Assembly: GCF_963921235.1 (NCBI RefSeq)
Contig: NC_086097.1
Coordinates: 30,320,001 to 30,384,000 of the forward strand
Direction of reading: 5' to 3'
DNA length: 64,000 nucleotides
From: Mobula hypostoma
Lineage: Eukaryota
Position numbers and translations under genes: made by a program. Position 1 is the first letter of the stretch. Each line of letters starts with the position of its first letter. The notes beneath the pieces are model-generated. The model had not been told where the DNA came from. It saw nothing but the letters and a program-made list of their open reading frames with translations, and did no database searches. Positions 11,608 through 23,699 of the stretch are shown in pieces.

Positions 11608-11944
11608 TCAAGTTTCAGCAATATCTTTGCAATTTTTTTTCTATACTCATTTAATCTTATTGATATTTTTCCTGTAGGTAGATGCCTCACCAAAGTCTTA
11701 TACAACTTGAACATAACATCCCAACTCCTGTACTCAGAACTTTGATTCATGATATATGAAGTGCCCATAGCTTTCTTTATGACCCTATCTACCTGTGACA
11801 CCAATTTTCAAGGAATTATTAACCTGTACTCCCAGATTCCTCTACTCTACCAGACCCCTCAGTGCCTTAACATTCACTATGCAGTCCTCCCAGACTGCAA
11901 CATGTCATATATTAAATTCCATCTGCCATTTTAAGTACTTAAAC

Positions 11945-12173
11945 TTATACTTTATACTTTATTGTCACCAAACAATTGGTACTAGAACGTACAATCATCA
12001 CAGCGATATTTGATTCTGCGCTTCACACTCCCTGGATTACAAATATTAAATATTAAAAATAGTTAAAATTAGTAAATATTAAAAATTTAAATTATAAATC
12101 ATAAGTAGAAAATAGAAAAATGTGAACTAAGGTAATGCAAAAAAACCAAGAGGCAGGTCCGGATATTTGGAGG
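11945..12173 (-). mobile_element. 3' UTR of a young Rex1/Babar subfamily (same as 30119-30950 and 34592-35352)
   Basis: Near-identical AT-rich UTR and (AAAGTAT)n tail shared with the other two copies. Confidence 0.85.
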
Positions 12174-12884
12174 TCCATCTTAATGAAGGTCAACACACTA
12201 TATATCTTGAAAATTCTATCAACTTGCACGGCAAATTTGGGGGATCTATGGACTATGAACATTCCACCAAGAATCCTGCCATTAGTCCTGCATTCTGCCT
12301 TCAAATTCGACTTTCTGTTAATCACTTAACACTTTTCCGGGTTAAACTCTATCTGCCATTTCTCAGCCCAGCTCTGCATCCTGTCAATGTCCCACTGCAA
12401 CCTACAACAATCCTCCACACTGTCCACAACTCCACCAGGTTTTGTATGATTTGCAAACCTACTAACCCACTCTTCTACCTACCTTTCTGAAATCTGCTGC
12501 CCAATTTGTTCTCTCAGTGACCACAAGCCTGTCCTCCGGGTGCCTGATGTTCTCCCATGTATGGGTTCGGGTTAGCAAGCTGTGGGCATGCTATTTTGGT
12601 GCCAGAAACGCAGTGACACTTGCGGCTGTGTTGATGTTGCAAACAACACATTTCACTATATGTTTTAATGTTTCAATGTACCTGTGACAAATAATCTTTA
12701 ATCTTTAAGAACTCAATATTTTATTGTCATTACTGTACATCATTAGTACCCAGGAGCTTCACAATTACATTGCTAGGATTCATTATTTTAACTGTATTCT
12801 AGGAACCTATCTGATCATAACATCATCTTTAAGAGTTTGTAATTTAAATCAGTATACTAATGGCTCTACCGCATTAGGAGTTTG

Positions 12885-14245
12885 ATTTGGCATGTTGCCG
12901 AAAACTCTCGCAATTTTTTTACCGATGTACGGGGGAGAACCGTCTGGTGCACAGGGTCAGGAGAGACCGCCAAAGGTTGTAGTGTCAGCCAGCTCAGTGG
13001 CGGTCACAGCCTCCCCTCTGTCAGGAACATCTTCAGGAGGTGCTGCTCAAGAAGGTGGCATCCATCATGAAGGACCCTCACTATCTGGGGCATGCCATCT
13101 TCTCATCACTATCTTCACGGAGGAGGTACGGGATCCTGAAGACACCCAGTTTAAGAACAGTTTCTACCCCTCCATCAGATTTCTGAACAGACCCTGAGCC
13201 CATCAACGCCGCTAGTTCCTATTTGTACTGTTTATATATTGTAACTTGGAGTAGTATTTTTCATGTACTGCTGCCACAAGACATCAAATTTCATGACATA
13301 CGTCAGTGATACAAACCTGATTCCGATTCTTATTCCGGTAACTGTGTCAATAACTTGGATTTTTGCCTTGGATCACCTGTACAATAGTAATACTTACATC
13401 GTGCTGCTGTTTATTGACGACGGTTCGGCATTCAACATAGTCATACACTCATTTCTAATCAGAAAGCTCTAAAACCTGGGTCTCTGTACCACCCTGGGCA
13501 ATAGGATCCTTGATTTCCTCACCAGGAGACTGGATCAGAAATAACATCTCCTCCTCACTGACTCTGGCACCCCTCAAGGATGCTAGCTTATCCCACTGCT
13601 CTACTCTCTTGACACCCACAACTGTGCGGCCAGGCACAGCTCAAAAGCCATCTATAAACTTACCTTGTTGGTAGAATTTCAGATGGTGTCTGGGAAATGC
13701 CCAGGAGTGAAGTAGATCAGCTGGCTGAGCAGTTTCACAGCAACAACAATGAGGAACACAGACCAGTCCTCAGCGATGGATCTGCAGTGGGAAGAGTGAG
13801 CAGTGTCAACACCTCTGAGGGTCTATCCTGGGCAAAGCATACTGATACAATTACAAAGAAGCCACAACAGCAGCTATGTTTCATTAGAAGTTTCGATAAG
13901 TCACCAAAGACTCTCACAAATTTCTACAGATGTACAGTGAAGAGTATTCTAACTGGTTGCATCACCGTCTGGTATGGCGGGGTCACTGTGCGGGATCGGA
14001 AGAAGCTGCAGAAAGTTGTAAACTCAACCAGCTCCATCACGGGCACTAGCCTTCCCTACAACAAGGAAACCTCCAGAAGGCGATGCCTCAAAGAGGCGAC
14101 ATCCATCGTGAAGGACCCCCTTCACCAAGGACACGCCCTCTTCCCATTGCTACTATCAAGGAGATGGTACAGGAGCCTAAAGACACACACCTCAACGTTT
14201 CATGAACAGCTTCTTCATCTCCGCCATCAGATTTCAGAATAGACA
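12885..14245 (+). mobile_element. Two decayed Rex1/Babar fragments
   Basis: ORF 13697-14242 has FYRCTVKSILTGCITVWYGG...KDPLHQGHALFPLL; IDDGSAFN motif near 13410. Confidence 0.8.
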
Positions 14246-14247
14246 AG

Positions 14248-14706
14248 TGGGATCTCCCAGTGGCCGTCTATTTTAATTCCACTTCCCATTCCTGTCATGA
14301 TGAGGCCACACTTAGGTTGCAGGAACAACACTTTATATTCCGTTTGGGTAGTCTCCAGCCTGATGGCATGAACATGGATTTCTCAATGTCGTCCAAACCA
14401 CTCCATCCCCATCCTTCTCCATTTCCTATCCCCCTTTCCCTCTCTCACCTCATCTCTCTATTCAACTTCCCAGCTCTTTTCCCGCTTCCCATCCTTCCCC
14501 CTCCAGGTTTCACCTATCACCTGGTGGGTCTCTCTCCCCTCCCCCACCTTTTAAATCTAGGCAGCTTTTTTTCTTCAGTCCTGCCGAAGGGTTTCAGCCC
14601 GAAACGTCGACTGTACTTTTTTCCATAGATGCTGCCTGACTTGCTGAGTTCCTCCAGCACTTTGTGTGTGTTGCTCGGATTTCCAGCATCTGCAGATTTT
14701 TCTTGC
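14248..14706 (+). mobile_element. Penelope-like 3' fragment with hammerhead motif at 14577-14612
   Basis: EATLRLQEQHFIFRLGSLQPDGMNMDFS, then agtc-CTGCCGA-agggtttcagccc-GAAAC-GTC-gact. Confidence 0.85.
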
Positions 14707-15224
14707 CAATGTTATTAAACCTGATTCTAATTCTGAATATTTCTCAGTTTTATTGTAGTTACATCACTACAACCCAATAGTCTTGCAGTGATGACTTTAG
14801 GAGCAATTATTACTGTCAGTATATCATTAGGACTCAATATTTTTATTGTAATTAAGGTCCAGAGTTCCCATAATTATTTCATTAGTAATAAGTGGTTCTG
14901 TTATCACATCATTAGTGCCACCACTACAATGATATCGTTAAGAATGATAGTTTCAAAATGACATTGTTAGAAACCACTTAACGGTATTACATTGTCACAT
15001 CACGGCATTATAAACAAGTGGTACAGATCTAGTTGTAACTATCTGCACAATTTAACAGCCTTTCCTCACATCTCCTTCCTGCACGCTCTCCTCATATAGT
15101 GTCCTGGAGAACACTATGAAGATCTCTCTCTACCTTCTTCACTTCCCATCCGTCACAATATATGGGAGATGAAATCAGGTCTGCCCCTGTCCTCTCCCTA
15201 CCCAGACACTCTGTTGCTCACGGT

Positions 15225-15515
15225 CTTTCTCACCCTCTCTCCCCCCTCTCTTCCCCCTCTCTCCCCCTTCTCTCTCCCCTCTCCTCCCCCCTCCCCCTCC
15301 CCCCTCGCTCCTCTCTCTCCCTCTCCCTCTCTCGCTCTCCCCTCTCTCCTGTCTCCCTCTCCCCCTCTCCCCTATCTCTCTTCCCACTCTTCCCCTCTCT
15401 CCCCTTCCCCGCTCTCACCGCCTCTCTCCCCCTCTCTTACCCCTCTCTCCCCTCCCCACTCCTCCCCACTCTCCTCCCCTCCACTCTCCCCCTCTCTCTG
15501 CCCTCTCTCTCTCTC
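15225..15515. repeat. Pyrimidine-rich (C/T) low-complexity tract
   Basis: About 290 bp almost exclusively C and T. Confidence 0.95.
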
Positions 15516-16085
15516 ATATTTCATAGCCTATCTACTTTTCTTTCCCTGTTCCTCACACCCTAGTGATCCTAGAAGAAGTCGGTATGGGAACTACTTACTA
15601 ACAATTAGTTTGATCCACAACGTTGTGCTGGACTAATTAAACTAGCAATTAAAAGCCTAACTGAAGTCATCGCTTCTGCCTAAACTTGGTCCAAGTCCCT
15701 CCGTTCCCTGCATATTCATGTGCCTGTATCAGAGCCTCTTCCAGTAAACGCCTCAATTCTATCTGCCTTTGCCACCCGACAGTACAGTCCTGACATTCAC
15801 CGTTCACTGTGTAAAAAAACTTGCCCATGATTCTACTTTGAACTTACCCCTCTCATCACTGTGTAAAAATCAAAAACACTCTCTCTCTTTCCCATTCTTT
15901 CCTAGCCTGTTTGCTTCCTACCGTCCACTGCACGTGCCCCATTCGTAGCCCGACCCTTTCAGCCCTTGTTTAGCCTGCTCCGCTTTGGAACCGAGATCCA
16001 CCTGCAATAAATCACCCGGTTCTGGATCCTGAACCAGTTCCATGAAATTAAATCAAATTTTTTTTTTAAAAAAAGGAACACTTAC

Positions 16086-16275
16086 CTTTTCGAAAGGCTC
16101 CCTGAGTGAGCTTGATAGGAAGTCAGTCAGCAACTGGCTGCGTTCAGTGTGAACGTGTCTCTCTGTACAGCCTACAGGATGTGACAGCTCATTTGACTTC
16201 TGTCTCAGTACCCAGCTACTGACACTGCCACAGACGCTGAAGCGTGTACAAACTAGCAGCCAAGCACCACACTCG
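16086..16275 (-). other. Candidate non-coding exon (5' boundary uncertain)
   Basis: Consensus donor AAG|GTAAGT at 16086/16085 in sequence not recognised as repeat. ATTAATAAAA about 30 nt upstream (16301-16310, minus) could be TATA-like. Confidence 0.4.
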
Positions 16276-16515
16276 GGAGGAAAAGTCTAACCCACACATT
16301 TTTTATTAATAGACTTCTGGAGAAACTTCAGCAGGTCAAGCAGCATCATGTGAGGATTTGGGCAGAGAGGAGTTATTTTAGTATATAAAAATAATCATTA
16401 TTCATAATTTTAAAAATTTGCAAGAATAAACCTTTCCATTCTTTTCAATCATGGTCAATGCTTTCTGGACTGTTCTATTGCTTTCCTCCACGTCAGTCCC
16501 ACTGTCGCAGCTCAC

Positions 16516-16753
16516 CTGGTCCCCTGGAGTGGTACACTCCTGGTGAGGGGCTTCCCCAGCCAGTCCAGTCCTCTCTCCCCAGTAGCAGAGGATCCTACAC
16601 TGTGGTCCTCCCCTACCGAGCCCCTGAGCTGGCTGCTTCGAGCTTCAGGGTGTCTCCCAGCACCAACTCCCACAGCCTAGAAGTTGCCAGTCAGCACCGT
16701 TCCTCCACCGACAGCTCGATGTGCTGATTTCAGGCAAACCGTCCACATTTCAT
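16516..16753 (-). other. Candidate 238-nt non-coding exon
   Basis: Acceptor TCTTCTTCACGTTCTTGTCACTCTCCCCAG| and donor CAG|GTGAGC. GC-richer than flanks, with stops in all three frames. Confidence 0.5.
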
Positions 16754-16784
16754 CTGGGGAGAGTGACAAGAACGTGAAGAAGAT

Positions 16785-17710
16785 AGGTCAGATACTAGAG
16801 GGCGCCGCTTTAAGGTGAGAGGAGTCCTCAGCTCGAAACATCAACTGTTTTATTCCTCACAATGGGTTTTCATCTGAGCTGCTGAGTTCCGCCAGTATTT
16901 TGTCTGTGCTTTGCTCTGGATTTCCAGCACCTGTAGAATCTCAGGGATGTCTAAAGTTTAAAGGAGATGTGTGGGGCAAGTGTGCTTTCTTTTACACAGA
17001 GAGTAAATGGAGCCTGGAGCAGGCTTCCAGGGGAGCTGGTGGAGCCAGATTCGGTAGCGACAATTAAGAGGCTCTTAGACACGTGAACAGGCATTGAATG
17101 GAGGGATGTGGATCTTTAATAGGCAGATATATTTTATTTAATTTGGCAGCATGGCCAGCAGAGACACTATTGAGGACTAGAATAGAAAATCAAGGATGAA
17201 ATTCTGAGACTTTATAAGGTATTGTGAGCCGTTTTGGGCCCATATCTGGCATTGGAGAGGGTCCTGAGGAGGTTTATGAGAATGATCGCAGGAATGAAAG
17301 GGTTAATCGATGAGAGGAGTTTTCTTGCTCTGTTCCTGTACTCACTGGAGTTTATAAGAATGATGGAGGATCTCTAGAAACCTATCCAATCTGGAAAGGC
17401 CCGGATAGTGCAGACATAGGGAGAATGTTTCCAATATTCAGAGAGTCTAGAACTATAGGGCACAGCTGCATGATAAAAGGACGTCCCTTTAGGAAAGAGA
17501 TGAGATGGAATTTTGTTATCCAGAGGATGGTGAACCTGTGGAATTCATTGTCTCAGATGGCTGTGGAGATGAAGTCATTGGCTATATTTAAAAAGAAGAC
17601 ATAGGTTCTTGATTAGTAAGAGCATCAAAGGCAAAGGGGAGAAGGCGGGAGAATTAGGTTTAGAGAGAAAATAAATCAGTCATGATGGAGTGGCGGACCA
17701 GGCTCGATGG
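16785..17710 (+). mobile_element. Decayed CR1 3' fragments with a Penelope terminal scrap at about 16825-16945
   Basis: CR1-type C-terminal nucleotide motifs (ctcactggagtttataagaatga, aacctgtggaattc). Confidence 0.7.
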
Positions 17711-17711
17711 G

Positions 17712-17972
17712 TTTTATTTGTCACATGTACATCGAAACATACAGTGATATGTGTTGCTTGCATCTACAACCAACAAAGTCCAAGCATGGTGTGGGGGCAG
17801 CCTACAAGTGTCACCACACTTCCAGCACCAACACAGCGTGCCCACAACTCAGTAATCCTAATCCCCTACATCTTTGGAACTTGTGAGGAAACCAGTGTGG
17901 TCACAGAGAGAATACACAAAATGTTTACAGACTACAGTGGGAATTGAACCCAGATCACTGACGCTGTAAAGC
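17712..17972 (-). mobile_element. V-SINE-like element
   Basis: B-box GGTTCAATTCCC, degenerate V-domain, TGTGACAAATAAA tail. Confidence 0.7.
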
Positions 17973-18220
17973 CATCTGTGACAACGAATTCCACAGATCC
18001 ACCACCCTCCAGCTAAAGAAACTCCTCCTCAGCTCTGCTCTAAAGGGACGTCCTTCTATCTTGAGGCTGTGCCCTCTGGTCCTAAACTCGCCCAATACTG
18101 GTGCCTTTGATTATGCTGGCTGCCTTACTAAGGCAGCAAGACATGTTGACAGACAGTGTACACAATATGTAACTGTAACACTATTTTCTGCATTCTGCTC
18201 TTGTTTTCCCCTTTGTATGG

Positions 18221-18769
18221 GTGTGGTTCCTTAAGGTTGTCAAAGCTGATTCGAGTAATGGGGATAATCTCCCACTACCTATTAAATGCTCCCAATGGCG
18301 CTTGTCTCAGAAAGCCTCTGACAACCAAGCCCAGTTCCTGGCCTTCACGTGTGGCTTGGCTACCAAACCCGGCGGAACTGTTTCTACTGAGAGGAGAAGG
18401 GGCAAAGGCTGGTTACTGGTGCCTTAAAACCAGGTGCTTCGGGTAAACGGGACTTGTCGGCTGTGGTGGGCAGCTCATCTAGGAGCAGGGGAGCTCTGAT
18501 TTCAAAACCCTGCTGCCTTCCAGCTATAGCCACTCAGGGGGAAGGCTTTGGGAATAAACCCGAGGGAAAATCCGGAGCTGGATTCCCAACTCTGGCTGGC
18601 AACTCCTGGAACATAGCTGGTGCCATTCCTTTGGCTTCATCAGCTGCGTGGAGAGTGGGAGCCGGCTGCGTGGGCAAGAGCTTGCTCTCCACGTTGCACT
18701 GTCCTGTCCTGCGTAGGCTGCTAGGACGCAACACCCATGGTCGAACCCAAGCAACAGAGGGCCTGCTAC
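18221..18769 (+). mobile_element. Non-autonomous RTE-like retroposon
   Basis: No ORF; RTE 5'-UTR-like motifs as recalled. Flanked by TGTATGG at 18214-18220 and 18770-18776. Confidence 0.5.
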
Positions 18770-19440
18770 TGTATGGATGTGCAAGTGTATCCTTTCTTAA
18801 TTATGTATACTATCAATTGGTAAATTTGCTAAATTGGTTTTATCATTTTCATATGCCCCAAGGTGTACACCCCTCCCATTCATGTATTTAACAAAACTTT
18901 GTTTAAATGTTGAAATTGAACCCATATCTGCCCCTCCTGCCGGCCGCTTGTTCCACACTTGCACCACCCTGAGTGAAGAAGTTCCCCCTTAAATAATTCA
19001 CCTTTCACCCTTAACCCATGACCTCTGGTTCTAGTCTCCCCCAACCTCAGTGGAAAAAGCCTGTTTGCATTTACCCTATCTATACCCCTCTTAATTTTGT
19101 ATACCTCTATCAAATCTCCCCTCATTCTCCTACACTCCAAGGATTAAAATCTTGCCATTATTTTGCATGCCATCATTTCAAAACATATCACACTGCAGTA
19201 GTAGAAAGGAAAAATAATAAGAAATTGCAGAATACAGTTACCAAGAAAGTGCAGTGCAGCTAGACAATAAGGTTCAAGGACATAACAAGGTAGGTTGTGA
19301 GGTCAAGGGTCATGTTATCATACTAGGGGACCAATCAATGGTTTTCTAACAGTGAGGTAGGCTGTTCTTGACCCTGATGCTACATGCTTTCAAACTTCTG
19401 TATCTTTCACCCAGTGGGCGAGGGACCATTATTTATTTAA

Positions 19441-19720
19441 TAAAGATTAGCTTTGTTTCTTTGTCACTTGTACATCTAAATGTACAGTGAAATGACAAAC
19501 ACGGGTCCGAAGATGTGCTGGGGGCAGCCCGCAAGTGTCACCACGCTTCTGACACCAACAAAGCACGCTCACAGCTCACTAACCCTAACCCTGTACGTCT
19601 TTGGAACGTGGGAGGACACCGGAGCACCCAAAGGAAACCCTCACGGCCACAGGGGGAGCGTCCTGTGCACACCCCTTACAGACAATGGCGGGCATCGAAC
19701 CCAGAGTGTCAGCACCATAA
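19441..19720 (-). mobile_element. V-SINE-like element
   Basis: GGGTTCGATGCCC B-box-like motif, V-domain, internal GGGTTAGGGTTAG. Confidence 0.7.
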
Positions 19721-21807
19721 AACCAGCGTGGGAGCTGTCTTTGGTTATGTTAGCTGCTTTACCAAGGCAGTAAAACATGTCGTCAGACAACGTACACAAA
19801 ATGTAACTGTATTCTGCATTCTGCATTGCTTTCCCCTATGTACTGCCTCAATGTTCTTCCGCTTTGAAATGATGGCGCACAGAACCAGAGCTGTTCACTG
19901 TATCTCAGTGCATGTTGCAACAGGGAACCAATGACCAGTTACACTGGGTTCCTTCTGTGGTCTCACCAATAGCACCAAGAGGTCTCTACTTTCAGCAGAA
20001 GCCAAGAAAGTTCCCCAAAACTGGTTCAAAGTTTCATGAGACTGGTTCTGACCCAGCAAGCTGCTACATGAGAGACTGAGTCGTCTGGCTCTGTGATTTT
20101 CAGGGATTAGAACAATGAGAAGAAACCTTGGTGGAAAAACCCTACTTGCATTAATCATATCTATACCCCTCATAATATTGTGTACAATGTAATAAACCTG
20201 ATTCTAATTCAGATACCTTTGTCCTGTGGAATGGCCACTGATCATTTAGAATGTATGCATGATGCCACCACGAGATAGTCACCAAAGAACAGCTTAAAGT
20301 TTGATTCAGAGATTATCTCTGACATATGTCATGACATTTCTTTTTTTTTCCAGCAGCAGTTCACTGCGTTACATTAAAATAATAATATGTTACAAAATAA
20401 ATAAATAGCGCAAAAGAGGAATAATGAGGTTGTGTTCATCGGCCATTCAGAAATGTGATGGCAGAGGGGAAGTAGCTGTTCCTGAATTGTTGAGTGTGGG
20501 TTGTCAGTCTTCTGTACCTCCTCCCTGATGGTTAGTAAGATGAGGGCATGTCCCAGATGGTGAGGGTCCTTAATGGTGTATACCGCATACTTGTGGCATC
20601 GCCCTTTGAAGATGTCCTCCGTGGTGGGAAGGTGGGTCCCCATGATGGAGTGATGGAGCTGGCTGAGTTTACAGCCCTCCGCAGCTTTTTCTGATCCTAC
20701 AGTGGCCCCTCCATGCCAGACAGTGATGCAATCAGTCAGAGGAAGTCTAGGCCTGTGGGTTACTATCTTAGAGTAAGGGACAGGCTGCTTGGGACTGAGA
20801 TGAGGAGATTTTTTTTCAGTCAGAGGGTAGCAAATGTTTGCAATTTTCTTCCCTGGAGTGTTGTGGTAAATAATAATTGGTTTATTTTTGCCACCTATAG
20901 AGTGGAAGCTTTGATGGGTATACCATCAAGACAGGTCATTGCATACATAACTACATCGAGAGAATAATCGCAGAATATAGAGTATAGCATTAAAGTTACA
21001 GGAAAAAGTATAGTGTAGGTAGACAAATAACATGTAAGGGCCATGATGACATAGACTGAAAGATCAGATCCATCTTTATCACACAGAGCTCCATTCAGGA
21101 GTTTGGTAACAGCAAGATTGAAGCTGTCCTTGAGCTGGTGGTACATACTTTCAGGCTTCTGTACCTTTTGCACAATGGTGAGAGGAGAAGAGAGAATGTC
21201 TGGGTTGGGAGGGGACTTTGATTATGTTGGCTGCTTTAATGAGACAGTGAGAAGTGCAGATGGAGTCCACGAAGGGGAGTTTGGCTTCATGATGGGACGG
21301 GCATCATTCTCAGATTGGGTTTGTTCAAAATATCGATAGATGTCTGGATGTGAAGGGAATTAAGTGATATGGGGAGATTACGGAAAAATGGAGCAGAGGT
21401 TGAACTGGTCATGACTGTGACAAATGCTGGATCAGTCACAATGGTCAACACCTGCTCTTTTTCCCTGTACTCTTACGTTCTTATGACATTCCACTTGACC
21501 TTGGTTGAATGTCCGATCTGCTTGAAATGATGGTTCCAGCAGCAGGTAGATTATCCATGTTGGATCAGTGTGTAAAAATTGTTAATCTTCTTGTAATTTA
21601 ACTTTCTTATGCTTGCTTATAATCTTTATATAAATATCTTGTATATGTATGTGTAATTGTGCAGTAATTTCCCAGTAACTGTAGAATAACTACTTCTGTA
21701 ATTTTCTGAAAGCCTCATAGTTTTCCTGCTGCAGGTGTCAGACCATTCAAATCTGGCTTTTCCATAGGTTAATTGTTAAATTGGACTGTTGTTACCTCCA
21801 GCTTGAG

Positions 21808-22130
21808 TGTGATGAGAGTCCTTGACGAGGATGGTTTGGACCCAGATGCTGGAATATCTGAGGCTAGGACTGAGACACGGTATCAAACTGGATGGAGAAC
21901 TGAGTACAAAACAAACGCTAGATGATCTTACGAGTAGGGCTTGTGATTGAGCCCTGAGGCTCCGTTCAGGTGCTTTTTAAATACTCAATTCTTGGTGCCC
22001 AAAACACGATTGCCAGTTAGTGGGACTGTTCTGAATCTTTAAAGAGGCTGTGGAAGCTATCTATATTCCGGAGAGTTAGAGCATCTAAACCCCGGAAGCT
22101 GGAGCAGTTGGGTGCATGTCATAGCAACCA
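21808..22130 (-). mobile_element. Possible solo LTR (far boundary uncertain)
   Basis: Minus strand has TATA-like GTATTTAAAA and ends GCATCTGGGTCC...CATCACA, as in fish Gypsy-type LTR 3' ends. Confidence 0.35.
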
Positions 22131-22204
22131 CAACTCCTTTTACTTGGTCTTCTTTTGTTTGTTCATCCTTTGTTCTTGTACCACTTAATACAATGGCTAC
22201 AACC

Positions 22205-22500
22205 AAAGATAAAGCTTTATTTGGTACGTCTACATTGAAAGATTGAACCATAAAGTGAAATGTGTCATTTCTGTCAAGTCAAATCAGCGACGATTCTGCT
22301 GAAGTATCGACAAGTGTAGCCAGGCTTCTGGTGCCAACATAACATGTCCACATCTCACTAACCCTAACTGTACATCTTTGGAATGTGGGAGGAAACCCAT
22401 CGCTCATGGGGAGAATGTACAAACTCCTTACAGACAGCAGCGGGAATTGAACCTCTGTTGGTGATCACAGGAACCATAAAGAGATCGCTAACCACTACGG
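22205..22500 (-). mobile_element. V-SINE-like element
   Basis: GGTTCAATTCCCGC B-box; TGGGTTTCCTCCCACATTCCAAAGA. Confidence 0.7.
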
Positions 22501-23699
22501 TCTCATGCTGTAACCACCACGTTTAGACCAGTGGACATAGGTTCTGTTGGTTGTGGGCTAGTGTTAAACTGGCAGCCTTTGGGGTTGAGGAACAGTGACA
22601 GTTGAGCATTGCTCAAACTGAGATATATATGGAGTGGAATAATGACACAGTAGTGACTTGTACTGTGGTTACCTAGAAGATTTGAGGGCATGTGCTATAA
22701 CGAGAGGTTGTACCAAACCAATTAAATTAGTAATCAAATGTCCAACTAAACCAATCCCTTTTGCCTACACAATGCCCATAACCTTCCTTTTCCTGCATAT
22801 TTGTGCTCCTATCTAAGATCTTCTTGAATGTGTCTATCATATCCGCTTCCACCATCATCCCTGGCAGCAAATTCCAGGCACCCACCACTCTCTGTGTGAA
22901 AAGTTTTTCCTACATATCTCCTTTTAAACTTACTCCCATCACATGAAATGCATACTCTCTCATATTTGGCATCATAACCCAAGGAAAAAGATACTGTCTG
23001 TCCACTCCACCAATGCTTCTCTTATCTGAGGGACCTCTATCAGATCTCCCCTCAACCTCCACCTCACTGGAGAAATCAACACAACTTTGTCCAACTTCTT
23101 GTGTCCTCGGCTGTGAGACTGATAAATACCCTGCCACAACTGAGGGCTCGTCACTAGGACAGCAAGCAGTTTACTGTGCTGTTCATTGCTTCCCCGTGCT
23201 GCACAGTACATCCATTTTGAATTATAGTTTAACTTATTTGTGGTAATACTTTGTTTTATGTGCTGTGTGTGATGTATGCTTTGTGAGTGCACCGTGATCC
23301 AGAGGAACAGTGATTCCTTTGGTTGTATGCACGTACGGTCAGATGATAATAACCTTGAATTTGAACTAATCCAGGTAGCATCGTGGTGAACCTTCTCTGC
23401 ACCCCCACCTTCCTAGCACTGAATGTAGTACCCCAGATACGTCCTAACTAGAGTTTTATAAAGTTGCAACATAACCTTGAATTCAGAGGCTTGATTAATA
23501 AAGGCCTCTTCCTTGGATTCGCTCTACACTTTCCGCTGCCTCTGTAAAGCAGTCATTATAAACACAATTGCAGCCCACGCCCCTGCCGTCGAAAACATTC
23601 TCTCTTCTCACCTCTTCCCAAGTGGCAGAAAATAGAACAGCTTGTAAGCATCATCCACCAGTCTCAACGACAGCTTCTATCAAGTTGTACTATTAGTTT

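Noticed and set aside
15162..15636. Pro/Ser/Leu-rich and Arg/Gly/Glu-rich ORFs
   Set aside because: Translations of the C/T low-complexity tract.
19578..19591. Telomeric TTAGGG units
   Set aside because: Only about two units and an internal part of the SINE family, recurring in several copies; not an interstitial telomere.
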